A stretch of DNA of 64,000 nt from Torpedo marmorata (lineage: Eukaryota). The position numbers and the translations under genes are program-made. Shown here in pieces: positions 11,663-23,669 of this stretch (position 1 is the first letter of the stretch; every line of letters begins with the position of its first letter). The notes beneath the pieces are model-generated. The model was not told the origin of the DNA and made no database searches. It worked only from the letters and a program-made list of their open reading frames with translations. The DNA lies in NCBI GenBank assembly GCA_977017645.1, contig OZ360227.1:55924001-55988000 (forward strand), written 5' to 3'.

Positions 11663-12714
11663 TCCCTCAAGTACAGAATGGTCCCAGTTCACTTAAATCC
11701 AGGACTGCCATCCTGGTCGCAAAGAATCAACACACCAGATTAAAAAGGGAGGTTGTATCCTGATTAATTATTACAAATGAGGCCATTCAGCCCATCAAGT
11801 CTTGGCCAGATCCTAGCAGGGCTCTCCCGTTTGCCCTCCCCCTAGAGCCTGCACAGTATTCTCTCTCACGCTCATCATCTCCCCTTTGAATCCTTTGGCT
11901 ACTAACCTGTACACAGCGGCATATGCCCGGAACTTGGGAGGAATTGGGGGAGTTTACATTTTGGGGAGGAACCCATGTGGTCACAGGGAGAACGTGTAAA
12001 CTCCACCCATACAGTGGTGGAGGTTCAGGATCAAAACTGAGTCACCAGGCCTGCTGAGGCAGCGGTCTCTAATTACTGTGCCAGGTTAAATCTCCCAACG
12101 CACAGGCAGCCAATGAAGTGCCTCGTAGGTGCACGTTCTGCTGTGATGTGGGAAGCAAAGCGGTCGCGTCATGCACAGCAAGATCTCGCACAGAGCAGCA
12201 GGACATTTGAGGGCAAGAGTTGGCCACAGAGTCCTCCATGTCCATCAGACAGTGAAGGCGGGGCCTTGGTTTCCTGTCTCCATGGAAAATCCCGAGTGTG
12301 ATTGTGTAGAAGAACATAACAATCCAGTAGCAGGCCATTCCAACCCTTGTACCTGACATGCCATTGAGAAAGATTGAGGCTGTTCTTTGAGCTCAGCACC
12401 ACTGAAACGTTTGATTACCTCAAGTGGTTGAGAAGCCATTTCTCCAATTATTGTTTTAAGAGCTCACAGGAGTGTTGTTAGCTCTTGCCTTTCCTTGAAG
12501 TTTTGCCAAGGAAGCTTTGGATGACGTAGCTTGGATTATTCTTTTTCACTGCGTTTTTCCACTTGGAAGCTGGGATTACTGCAAACGTCAATAAGTTGCC
12601 ACAAAGTGACAATGCACGTTGCTCAATAAAAACTTAAACATTGGACATTGTAACACAATGGTGCAACTGGAAGATCTGCTGCCTCTCAGCACTAGAGACC
12701 GGGTTCAATCGTCT

Positions 12715-13230
12715 AAAACCTTGATGAGCTTGCACTTGGAATACTGTGTGTAATTCTGGTCACTTCATTACAGGAAGGATGTGGAGGCTTTGGAAAGGGT
12801 TCAGAAAGGATGTGGCCTGGATTAGAGGGCATGAGTTATGGGGAGAGGTTGTTTTCTCTGGAGCGTTACAGGCTGAGGGGAGACCTGAGAGAAGTTTATT
12901 AAATTATGAAAGATTCAGGTAGGATAGACAGTCACATCTTTTTTCCAAGGGTAAAAAAATGTTACATATTAGAGGATGTGTGTTTAATATGAGAGGGGGA
13001 AAGTTTAAAGGATGTGTGTTTAATGTGAGAGGGGGAAAGTTTAAAGGATGTGTGTTTAATGTGAGAGGGGGAAAGTTTAAAGGATGTGTGAGGCAGGAAT
13101 TTTTAAATGAGAGAGTGCTGGGTGCCTGGGACGGACTGCCAGGGGTCGTGGTGGAAGCAGATATGATAATAATGCTGAGGAGGATTCCAGATGGATTCAT
13201 CGATTTGCAGGGAATACAGGGATATGTATC
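12715..13230 (+). mobile_element. Degenerate CR1 3' fragment with an internal 36-bp tandem triplication
   Basis: cacttggaatactgtgtg...ttacaggaaggatgtgg CR1 motif; unit aggatgtgtgtttaatgtgagagggggaaagtttaa occurs about 3 times at 12972-13090. Confidence 0.75.
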
Positions 13231-13359
13231 ATAAGGAATAGGAGCAGGAGTAGGCCATCTGGTCCGTCAAGCTGCACATTTCTCTGTTCCAATCCTGACC
13301 TCGTGCTGTCTGGGTGGAGTTTGCTTGTTCTAACTGTGACTGCATGGGTTGCATTGAAC

Positions 13360-13661
13360 ATAGAACATTACCTCTCATCCTTCCTTGTTCCAAAGAGAAA
13401 AACCCTTGCCTCATAAAACACGTTCTCCAATCCAGGCAACATCCTGGTAAATCCCCTCTGCAACCTCTCCAAAGCCTTCACATCCTTCCTGTAATGAGGC
13501 GAACAGAACTGAACACAATACTCAAAGTGTGGTCTAACCAGAGATTTGTAGGGCTGCAACATTACCTCACGATTTTTGAACTCAGTCCCCCAACGAATAA
13601 AGGCCAACACTTCATAAGCCTTCTTAACTACCCCATCAACCTGCACGGCAACCTTAAGAGA
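13360..13661 (-). mobile_element. CR1 fragment interrupted by the MITE (resumes about 14683-14720)
   Basis: ORF 13368..13667 LVRPHFEYCVQFCSPHYRKDV; the CR1 continues after 14682 (tgtggatttggaccccaaggtccctctgttcatcc). Confidence 0.8.
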
Positions 13662-13663
13662 TA

Positions 13664-14680
13664 CCATATATGCTGGGGTATTAGACGACTCTTGTATAAG
13701 ATGACCCCCAGCATTTCCACTTAAAATGTAGGTTTTGAGCTATACTCGCTTTATAAGACTACCTCAAGTCTGACACTTACCGCTGACCAGTGGAGTGATG
13801 CTGTCACAATATTTTAAAAGCAAATTACCCAGTAAAGGTTTAAATTTTATTAGCATATTTTAAAATAAACTTGGCGTGGGGGAGCGCTGAGATTCACTGT
13901 TAAGGTTCACATTGTATACTTGGCGCGGGTAGCGCTGAGATTCACTGTTAAGGTTCACATTGTAAACTTGGCGTGGGGGAGCGCTGAGATTCACTGTTAA
14001 GGTTCACATTGTATACTTGGCGCGGGGAGCGCTGAGATTCACTGTTAAGGTTCACATTGTATACTTGGCGTGGGGGAGCGCTGAAATTCACTGTTAAGGT
14101 TCACATTGTAAACTTGGCGTGGGGTAGCGCTGAGATTCACTGTTAAGGTTCACATTGTAAACTTGGCGCGGGGGAGCGCTGAGATTCACTGTTAAGGTTC
14201 ACATTGTAAACTTGGCGCGGGGGAGCGCTGAGATTCACTGTTAAGGTTCACATTGTATACTTGGCGCGGGGTAGCGCTGAGATTCACTGTTAAGGTTCAC
14301 ATTGTATACTTGGCGTGGGGGAGCGCTGAGATTCACTGTTAAGGTTCACATTGTATACTTGGCGTGGGGGAGCGCTGAAATTCACTGTTAAGGTTCACAT
14401 TGTATACTTGCCGTGGGGGAGCGCTGAGATTCACTGTCAAGGTTCACATTGTATACTTGGCGTGGGGGAGCGCTGAGATTCACTGTCAAGGTTCACATTG
14501 TATACTTGGCGAGGGGGAGCGCTGAGATTCACTGTTAAGGTTCACATTGTAAACTTGGTGTGAGGGAGCGCTGAGACTTCGCTGTTAAGATTCGTATTTT
14601 ATACGGCATATCAGGTGACCCCTGGTTTTGGGGTGAAATTTTTAACGTTCAAGGATCGTCTTATATGCCGGCATATATGG
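13664..14680. mobile_element. Non-autonomous Tc1/mariner-pogo-type DNA transposon (MITE)
   Basis: TIRs ccatatatgctggggtattagacga / tcgtcttatatgccggcatatatgg, TA duplication at 13662-13663 and 14681-14682, no transposase ORF. Confidence 0.8.
13870..14603. repeat. 49-bp tandem array, 15 copies, inside the MITE
   Basis: Unit cttggcgtgggggagcgctgagattcactgttaaggttcacattgtata; the last copy is degenerate. Confidence 0.95.
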
Positions 14681-16875
14681 TATGTGGATTTGGACCCCAA
14701 GGTCCCTCTGTTCATCCAGTTATCCCTTAGTTCCCTCCCTCATCCCAAAGACATGTAGTTCAATAGGTAAATTGTCCTGGATGTGCAGGTGTGAGCGGTA
14801 GAATCTGGGGGGAAGCTGGTTCCAGTTTAGGGAGAATATGAAGGGGAGGCAGGATATCGAACAAGTGCAATCAGCGGGGTTTTAGTTTTATTTATCATCA
14901 TATTTGGCACAGACGTGAAGCTGTTCCTGTGCTTTACTGTTGTATGTTCAGTGTAATAAAAAAATGAGATTAATGTAGAGATAGGTTGATGATTGATGAG
15001 GACTTAGGACCTGTTTTCATACAATATCTTTCTATGACTCTGTGACTACACCTGGGAAATCTAGGCACAAAACTTTGTTGCAAAGTGTGTTTTGAGCACT
15101 TTACCTTCACAAGATTCTGACTGAGAAACAAGCAGTTTGTTTACCAATGACGTGAATTTGAATCTAAAATCGCATGGGCCCTTGATCATTACCAAGTTGA
15201 CAGAAAATTGTTCTTAGGGGTGATGGAAGGTTGGCATGAGAAGACAGTGGCTGTGTGACACAGCTGGGGTTTAGCAGGCTGTTGGAGACCACATGGCTGA
15301 GAATGAACAGGGGCATAAGGTTGCCCACCACCACCGACCGAGGATCATTCTGAACCACACACCACCTCTTCATGGTCATTTATATCACTCATCAAACTTT
15401 TATTTCACTCATCAAACTGCCAAACTGCATGCAGGTCACTAATCCAGGACTATCGAGATGTATATTGTCCCATTCCCTCTACTTTTACATGGACACCCTT
15501 GCCTGATGTTTGAGATAATTCAATGCCACCTTTTCCATTGGTTTCATAGAAGTAAAGGTAAAGTGCAGGGTGCTGGTGACCCGTCAGCCTGAGCTGTGGT
15601 TCAGGCTCAGTCAGCTTGCCACTTGAGAGGCATCGAGGTGGCACATGCCCTTCGGCCCAAATCCTCCATTCTGACCAAGTCGTCATTCTGGGCTGGTCCC
15701 ATTTACCTGCCTTTGGTCCCTATCTGTCTGAACCTTTCCTATCCATGTGTGAGAGAAATAGATTGGATGAATGCAGAGTCTTTTGCCCAGAGTAAAGGAA
15801 TTGGTAACCAGAGGACATAGGTTTAAGGTGAGGGGGGGGGGAGGAGAGATTTAACAGGAACCTGAGGGGTAACGTTTTTACACAGAGAGTGGTGGGTGTA
15901 TGGAATTGAGCTGCCGGAGGAGATGGTTGAGGCAGGGACTTCTGTAATGTTTAAGAAAACAAATTGAACAGATACATAGATAGGGTGGGTATAGAGGGAT
16001 ATGGGTCAAACACACGCAGGTGGGACTAGTGTGGGTGGGACATTTTGGTTAGCGTGGGCAAGTTGGGCGGAAGGGCCCGTTTCCACACTGTGTGACTGTG
16101 ACATCTGTCCAGATGTGTCTTGAATGTCGAAATTGTGCCGTCTTCTACAGTTCCCTCTGGCAGCTTGTTCCAGATATGGACCACCCTCTGAGTGAAAATG
16201 TTGTCCCTCAACACCCTCTTAATTCACCCCAGAATTAATCTCGCCCGAGACCTGGTTCTACCCTGGGAAAGAAAAAGACTGTGACATTAACTTTATCCAT
16301 GCCCCTCATGAAAAGGTCACCCTTCAACCTCTAGAGAAGCAAGCCAGCTCCCACGTGCCACACGGTAAAAAGCTTTTTGAGACGTTAAACCCAGGTCACT
16401 TCTGACCACTTTGGATATAAAAGAATCCTTAGTTGTTTTGTGGGAGAGCAGCAGCGAGGGCCCCAGTGCCCCATAAACCAAAGCCCCTGGACAGATTACC
16501 CGCTCTCTCTCACTCTGCCACTCATTAGGCTCCCTGCTCTGGAGTGGCGATGGCCGCGGGGGTTGAAGTGCTCCAAATTGCAACTTCTGTCAGCCGGGAC
16601 ACCGCCCATCCACAGCAGACCAGGAACGGGGGCGGAGGGTTCTCCCAGGGGAGGTTTGGGGTTCTCCGAGCTAGGCTGCGGGCTTCCGTTGGCAAGATGG
16701 TGCCGGGACCCAGGTGGGAGGGGCAGGATAGACAGGAGGTGGTCTCGTTCTGGCTGTGTCAGTGGAATAATCAAGATGGACAGGTCCTGGTGCAAGGGTT
16801 GAAAGGGGTGGGGGGGGGGACTGAAGGAGGGTCCAGTGAGATGGCGTGGGTAAATTCACATTAACCAACACAGTG

Positions 16876-17294
16876 NNNNNNNNNNNNNNNNNNNNNNNNN
16901 NNNNNNNNNNNNNNNNNNNNNNNNNNNNNNNNNNNNNNNNNNNNNNNNNNNNNNNNNNNNNNNNNNNNNNNNNNNNNNNNNNNNNNNNNNNNNNNNNNNN
17001 NNNNNNNNNNNNNNNNNNNNNNNNNNNNNNNNNNNNNNNNNNNNNNNNNNNNNNNNNNNNNNNNNNNNNNNNNNNNNNNNNNNNNNNNNNNNNNNNNNNN
17101 NNNNNNNNNNNNNNNNNNNNNNNNNNNNNNNNNNNNNNNNNNNNNNNNNNNNNNNNNNNNNNNNNNNNNNNNNNNNNNNNNNNNNNNNNNNNNNNNNNNN
17201 NNNNNNNNNNNNNNNNNNNNNNNNNNNNNNNNNNNNNNNNNNNNNNNNNNNNNNNNNNNNNNNNNNNNNNNNNNNNNNNNNNNNNNNNNNNNNN
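16876..17294. other. Assembly gap or masked run (419 N)
   Basis: Run of N. Confidence 1.
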
Positions 17295-18172
17295 GTTCAT
17301 GTCTATATTAAGTCTGTGCTGCCTGACCTTCAGTTGTTCTGGATCTTCACAGGAGAGACAGAGGGGGCTGTAAAGATTGGGAGGAGCCCTGGGTGCTTTG
17401 GAAGTTAATATATGACTGCGAAACTAGGGTGAGGGGTAATTGTGAGGTTGTAGTCCCTCTCTGTTGGCCCGTTTGCCCAGGAAACAGAAATAGCAATGGG
17501 TGCAAAAGGGAGACTCACAGCCAGAACAGCTCGCATTTCAAGTGTGATACAAAATAAGCTGAAAACAGTTTGAATTTCCCAGGCAAAAAATGTCTAATAC
17601 TAGAGCTCATGCATTTAAGGTGAGGGGCGGTAGGGAGTTTGGGAGATGTGGGGGACAGGTGTTTTGGTGCTTGGAGTAGTGGTGGAAGCTGATACAATCA
17701 TGGTGTTTAAGAGGCTTCGGGATGGACACACATGGATATGCAAGGAGTAGAGGGATATATGTCATGTGGAGGTGGAAGAGATTTTAATTTAATCTGGCAT
17801 CATGTTCAGCATTGACATGTGAGCCAAAGGGTCTGTTCCTGTGCTGTACAGTCCTATACGTTTCAGCTGAATTTCATGCCAAACAAAAACTATTTTCAAT
17901 CACACAGCGCTGAAAAAAAGTGAAATAAATTTCTAGGCGATCGCAGATACTAGTACTCTATTAATGTGATGCTTTCACAGTCAAATTGTTTGAGAAAATG
18001 CATTGCCTGTGTTCACATCTCCTGCAGGAGACAAGTGCCTACTCCAGCTGTGACACCCTGTCTGCAGACTTGCCCTGTTTGTACCTGCACCTGTAAACCT
18101 CCCATACCAAATCCCGACACGTTGACTGTCCGGTCCTTCCAAGCATTCTCCCTAAAGCAGTGGCATACCTAT

Positions 18173-18520
18173 TAGACCTGGGTTCGATCCTGGCCTCTGC
18201 TGCTGTCTGTGTGGAGTTTGCACCTTCTCCCTATGACCCCATGAGTTTCCCCCGAGTGCTCCGGTTTCCTCCCACACCCCAAAGATGTGCCAGTCGGTAG
18301 GTTAATTGGTTGCTGTAAATTTCGGCTAATATGTAGGTGAGGGGCAAAATCTCTGAGTGCCGGGAGGAGGGGGGGTGGAGGGGGGGGGGTGGTGGTTGGT
18401 GAAATGCAGGGAGAATAAAAAAAATATTTGTGTAGCATTAGTGTGAATGGGTGGTTGCTGGTCAGCACAGGCCCGATGGGCTGAAGGGCCTGTTTTTGTA
18501 CTGTACATCTCTTTCTCTGT
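18173..18520 (+). mobile_element. tRNA-derived SINE (V-SINE-like)
   Basis: B box gggttcgatcc, core gctgtctgtgtggagtttgcac, tail gggctgaagggcctgttt. Confidence 0.7.
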
Positions 18521-19477
18521 GTTTAAATCAGAATAACTAAATAGAAAATTCAATGAGGTAAACCTCCCTCACCGGACTGTTTCACATAATGATTCTCAAA
18601 CTTCCTTCACTCACAGACTCCTTTACTTAACCAAGCATCACCTCTACAAACCCACAAACACCAATGGTCCCATGGAGCATGGTTCAAGCAATGTGGGAGG
18701 GGGCATACAGTTGCAAGAAACCTTTTAGCAAATCTCCTCTAGGACTGACCAAACTAAAAGTGGCTTTCAATTTAGCAAACTGCATCAGCATTTGTGGTGG
18801 AAAATGCATTGTAGTAAAGATGCAAGTGCTGGGGTAAGTTGGCAACATCCCCGGAGCCTGGCAAATGGACTTGTTCAACTCACAAGCAACCAAAGCAAAT
18901 CAAAGGAACAATAGATTCCAGCTAGCCCGTCAACATGGTTTAGCATTAACACTCAACAAAAGACGACAGACAAATCCTGTACATCATGAATCACAGGACA
19001 CAGTTGTCATGACATGCTGAGCGTTTGATCATTCCTTGTTTCTTTTTTGCTCACCTTTTCATTAGATAATGCGGTCACACTTACAAATCAAAAGCCTCCC
19101 TGATAAAAGCAGCTGTAGCAAAAAAAAACCTCCTTCCTGCTCTTACGTCTGGCTGGCAGTTCAGCTGTTGACTGGATTATATGTATTTTTTTATTCTTTC
19201 CTTGACACTGGGATTCAGTGTCCCTCTGTCGAGGAAGTGGTGAGCACTATGTATTAATACTGGTTGGGTTTGGGAGTAGGGGTGCGTGTGGAATTTCCTC
19301 TGTTGTTAGCAGAGGTTGACAATTTCACCTGTTTTATTAAATTTAGATATACAGCACGGGAACAAGCACTTACGGCCCACAAGCCCGTGCTGCCCAATCA
19401 TACTCGACTGACCGACAACCCCGCAACGCTTTTTGTTTTAAAATGAGTCTCCCAGCTACACCTTGATGATGAAACAC

Positions 19478-19678
19478 AGGAACTACAGATGCTGGAATCT
19501 AGAGCAAACAATGACGAACTGGAAGTCTCAGCAGGTCAGGCAGAATCCATGGAGAGAAATAAACTGCATTTCTGTTTGGGACCCTTTCTCCAGACAGTGT
19601 TGACAAAGGGTCCCAACTGGAAACGTTGACTGTCCATTTCTCTCCACGGATACTGAGTCTCTCCAGCCTCTTGTTGTT
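19478..19678. mobile_element. Palindromic mini-element made of two inverted Penelope terminal repeats
   Basis: tccatggagagaaat...gggacccttt mirrors aaagggtccc...atttctctccacgga. Confidence 0.6.
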
Positions 19679-20251
19679 GACACCTTAATAATGCTCTTGC
19701 TCTGGTTTATTTGTCATGGCTTTCCTGAGATGGCAGGGAGCTGCCTTTAATGGCCAGCCACCCTGCTTGTGAGACCAGATATGGTTATTGAAGCATTGAC
19801 CTGTGATGGGGTTGGGTGAGAGGTCACACCCACACACCCACCTTCAAATCCTCCTGCTTACCTTTTCTGAACAGGGTCTCTGGACCAGGTGTCAGTGGGA
19901 GGGGCTCCTGCCTGAGAAATCCTCCACCAGCATTAGGACAGAAATGCCACTCACCCAAAGGGAGGAAGGGGCTGGGGAACCCCGTTGTTTTATGTAATAT
20001 TCGACTCAAAGGCTAAACTCTGATGGGCACTGCACCGCCCGGCTGTCTTGTTGGGGACTGTGTGCAATGTCAGGTGCTTTCACGTTGCACTCTGAGTTTT
20101 TATAATAGCCCCAGGAGGGGCGGGGGGAAGGGGTGAGCTCCTCTTTTACCCAAGCCCTCTGAGAAGGAACTTTCCGAACTCTGGCTGGCTACCGAGGAAA
20201 ATCGGGCGTGCTGCAAAGGCAAGAGGGACAAATCCGCTTCTCTTTCTGGGG

Positions 20252-20525
20252 CAATACACAATCGTGCTGGAGAATCTCAGCAGGTAACATCCATAGGAAG
20301 TAAAGGGTAACCAATGTTTCGCCCATGCCCCTTCCTCCCTCCTCTCCCCCTCCCCCCACCTCTTTATTCAGGCACCTGCCTGCTCTTTGCTCATACCTTG
20401 AGGAGGGGCTCAGGCCCGAAAAGTTGGTTATTCTTTACTTCCTATAGACGGTGTCACCTTCTGAGTTTTTCCAGCACTTGTGTATTGCTCTACAATTTCA
20501 CAGCATCTACAGACTTTCCTGTTTA
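20252..20525 (+). mobile_element. Short Penelope derivative: inverted arm plus terminal repeat with hammerhead-like motif
   Basis: 20252-20320 is the reverse complement of about 20417-20487; motif catacc-TTGAGGA-g-gggc tcag gccc-GAAAAGTT-ggttat at 20392-20431. Confidence 0.7.
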
Positions 20526-20685
20526 ACTCTTTCTGGGGCAACAAGTTTGATCAGCCCAACTGAACTGCAACCGTGCCAGGAAGTGGGATACTGGATTACC
20601 CAGAGACTGTTGGATAGGGCTCTGAAGTGGACAGTTCAGAAACTCGTCACATGTTGACAGTGTAAAAAGACTCACTGGATAAACA

Positions 20686-21002
20686 NNNNNNNNNNNNNNN
20701 NNNNNNNNNNNNNNNNNNNNNNNNNNNNNNNNNNNNNNNNNNNNNNNNNNNNNNNNNNNNNNNNNNNNNNNNNNNNNNNNNNNNNNNNNNNNNNNNNNNN
20801 NNNNNNNNNNNNNNNNNNNNNNNNNNNNNNNNNNNNNNNNNNNNNNNNNNNNNNNNNNNNNNNNNNNNNNNNNNNNNNNNNNNNNNNNNNNNNNNNNNNN
20901 NNNNNNNNNNNNNNNNNNNNNNNNNNNNNNNNNNNNNNNNNNNNNNNNNNNNNNNNNNNNNNNNNNNNNNNNNNNNNNNNNNNNNNNNNNNNNNNNNNNN
21001 NN
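20686..21002. other. Assembly gap or masked run (317 N) in the fzd5 3' UTR region
   Basis: Run of N beginning 46 nt downstream of the fzd5 stop codon. Confidence 1.
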
Positions 21003-21048
21003 TGTTTACCGTATATACATGCATACATGTGACCTTTTGCCCCGAGAT

Positions 21049-22758
21049 TCAGGCGTGCGTTAGCGCTAGTTGCTTGTGGTAGGTTGCCGAAGTCCTGTTA
21101 GTCAATGATGTACTGGCTTGACTGTACATAGACGCACCGGTCAGCTTCCTAGCACGGCAGCATCTGCTGGTGAACCGTCTCCACGATTCCAAAGTCTTCC
21201 CCGACCAAATCCAAACGCCCGACGTGATGCCGACAGCCAGGCACATGAAATACTTCAACATGAAGACGGCGTACTCGGGCCTGGGGTAGTCCTGGACCCC
21301 GGGACACGGGCAGCTGAGCGACGTCTCCCAGCTCTCCCTGGAGTGCTGTTCGTAGATGAAGCAGGCGACCACGATGGTGGCCGGGACCGTGTAGAGCACG
21401 GTGAAGATGCCGATCCGAATCATGAGCTTCTCCAGTTTGTCCGTCTTGGTTCCTCCTTGCTTGATCACGCTCCGTATCCTGAACAGGGAGACAAATCCAG
21501 CCAGGAGGAAGGTAGTCCCGGTGAACAGGTAGACCACCAGGGGTGCCAAGACGAATCCTCGGAGGTTGTCCAAGTTCTGGTTCCCCACGTAGCAGATGCC
21601 GGCCACCGGGTCGCCGTCCACGGAGCTCAGGGCCAGAGCGGCGATGGATTTGACGGTAGGGATCAGCCAAGCGGCCATGTGGAAATACTGGGAGTAACCC
21701 GCGATGGCCTCGTTGCCCCATTTCATGCCCGCGGCCAGGAACCAAGTCAAGGACAGGATGACCCACCAGATGGAGCTGGCCATTCCGAAGAAGTAGATGA
21801 GCAGGAAGACCACGGTGCACAGGGCGGGTCCCGTGGTCTCGTAGTGGATGTGGTTGTAGTCCTGGTTGCAAGCCACCTTGGCGTGCCCGGCTGCCAGCCG
21901 CACGATGTAACCCACGGACACGAAGAGATAGCAGGCGGACAGGAAGATGATCGGCCTCTCTGGGTACTTGAACCTCTCCATGTCGATCAAGAAAGTGGAG
22001 ACGGTCGTGAAAGTGGAAATGAAGCACAAGATAGACCACAGACCGATCCATAAAGTTGCAAAAGTCCTCTCGTCCTGGTTAAAGTACGGTTGGTAACAAG
22101 GGAAGGCGCAGTTGAGCAAGCGGCCGGTCCTGATCTTGTTGTAGAGCGGGTGACTCTCCTTGGAGATGGGGATCAGAGGGTCTTTGCAGTGACATTTTCC
22201 CGAGCAGTCAGGCTGGTGCCCTGGATAGGACCAAGAGGGTCGCAAGTTCTTCTTGGCCCCAGGACCTTTCGGGGCAACGGTGGGCTTTCGCAACGGAGGC
22301 GACGCCGTGGTCACCTCCGACCTGTTGTAGTCCATGCACAAGTTGTCCTGATCGCCGAGCACCGGGAGTTTGTCGCAGTTCATTCTCTCCGGCCAAGCAA
22401 AGCCATATTGTCTCATCAGAGGAGAGCAGCCGGACTTCGCTCTTTCGCAGACGGATCTGCAAGGCGGCAAGGGCTTCATGTAGTCCGCCAAGCAGATCGG
22501 GGTGTAAACGCTGCATAGGAAGAAGCGGAGGTCCGGGGAGCACTGGATCTCCACCAGAGGCCAGAACTGATGAACCTCCAGTCCCGCCTCGTCCTGGCTG
22601 TCGTGGTTGAACTGATTCGGCATGTACGTGTGGTTATAGCCGATGCCTTTGCACATGGGTACCGTGATCTCCTGGCAAACCATCGCCTTGGATGCGCAGA
22701 GAGCGACCCCCACTAACCCCACAAGACAGAAGCAGACTTCTTGCAAGCGGGGAGCCAT
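21049..22758 (-). CDS. fzd5: Frizzled-5 Wnt receptor, 569 aa, coding sequence uninterrupted
   Basis: Signal peptide, CRD (CQEITVPMCKGIGYN...EAGLEVHQFWPLVEIQCSPDLRFFLCS), seven TM segments, KTLESW Dishevelled motif. ASKA.VC, WPERM, RRFTSRCC and YHKQ favour FZD5 over FZD8. The first in-frame ATG is at 22758; the ORF-track start at 22776 is TTG. Confidence 0.93.
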   Translation of the reverse strand: MAPRLQEVCFCLVGLVGVALCASKAMVCQEITVPMCKGIGYNHTYMPNQFNHDSQDEAGLEVHQFWPLVEIQCSPDLRFFLCSVYTPICLADYMKPLPPCRSVCERAKSGCSPLMRQYGFAWPERMNCDKLPVLGDQDNLCMDYNRSEVTTASPPLRKPTVAPKGPGAKKNLRPSWSYPGHQPDCSGKCHCKDPLIPISKESHPLYNKIRTGRLLNCAFPCYQPYFNQDERTFATLWIGLWSILCFISTFTTVSTFLIDMERFKYPERPIIFLSACYLFVSVGYIVRLAAGHAKVACNQDYNHIHYETTGPALCTVVFLLIYFFGMASSIWWVILSLTWFLAAGMKWGNEAIAGYSQYFHMAAWLIPTVKSIAALALSSVDGDPVAGICYVGNQNLDNLRGFVLAPLVVYLFTGTTFLLAGFVSLFRIRSVIKQGGTKTDKLEKLMIRIGIFTVLYTVPATIVVACFIYEQHSRESWETSLSCPCPGVQDYPRPEYAVFMLKYFMCLAVGITSGVWIWSGKTLESWRRFTSRCCRARKLTGASMYSQASTSLTNRTSATYHKQLALTHA

Positions 22759-22978
22759 TACATCCAGTTTAAACAAGGATCCAGCCGGCCTCTGATGCCT
22801 GTCCTCGAACTCTGCCTCTGAGGTTTTACAGCCCTAATTCCTCCACTGCCGGCAAGGTTAAACACGGCCACACCTGACCACTCTCAAACATAACTGGTTG
22901 GATTTGGACAGAGGTGACTTCAAGTGAAATGTGCGCCGACATCCGAGGTGCCGTCTCGAAAGCAAACAAGGAAAATAT

Positions 22979-23397
22979 CTGGGGGGAGAAACAAAAACAA
23001 AATCTGAACATTTGCTCAACCTTCACGTGGTTTTCCCATTAATGTCTCCACTTTGCGTGTTCTAATCTTATTGCTTTACTTTTGTTGATTAAATTCCTTA
23101 CAATATGCCTTCTGATCAAAATGTCCAGAGCTGCCCCTGTTCCTCGGTCCTCGAATCACCGAGGTGAAAGCACCGGCTCCACAGAAGGATTAGCAGCCGG
23201 TTCAGGTGTAAACTTTTAGAGATGTTCCAATGTTTACTTCTAATGTTATCTCTTGGTAGGTGTTAGGTTCCTTGGCGCCGGACGAATCCTTTCTCCCAAC
23301 ACTCACAAGCGTCTCTCTCCCTCTCCTTACAAAAAACAGCCATAGAAGCCCAGGTAAACTGTCCATCTCTCTCCTACGAACCGCAGTGACCATTTAC
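22979..23397 (-). other. Probable intron in the fzd5 5' UTR
   Basis: Strong acceptor ttttgtttttgtttctccccccAG ending at 22979; candidate donor AAG|GTAAAT at 23397 (alternative GTAAGG at 23330). Mammalian FZD5 also has a non-coding first exon. Confidence 0.6.
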
Positions 23398-23669
23398 CTT
23401 TTTTCGTTGTTTTTCTCTCTCGTTTTCCTTTTCCTCCCTTCCACCTCCTCTTCCTCTATCCGAATGTACTGCTCCTTTGACGCCAGTTGCAGATTGAACC
23501 GGAATACGGCTCCTTCCTCTCTCCTTGCCCTTTGCGCTCCGCTCGACTTGCGGCTCCGCTATCAGATTGTTACTTTTTCTTGAAAACACAATGTAGCCAA
23601 GGTAAAGCTCAAGCTCACCCCTCTGTCAATCTGCGCCAGTCTCGGCCAACCGGAGAGCGCCTTTCACTG

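Noticed and set aside
16671-17373. ORFs spanning N runs (also 20647-21028)
   Set aside because: Artefacts of the gaps.
20680-21008. Inverted 6-mer taaaca/tgttta flanking the gap
   Set aside because: Too short and the interior is unknown; it could be chance.
21118-22518. Long antisense and alternate-frame ORFs over fzd5 (311, 300 and 142 aa)
   Set aside because: Expected shadows of a GC3-rich coding sequence; no recognisable domains.
22759-22776. N-terminal extension MFKLDV of FZD5
   Set aside because: It starts at TTG; the ATG at 22758 has strong context and leads directly into the signal peptide.
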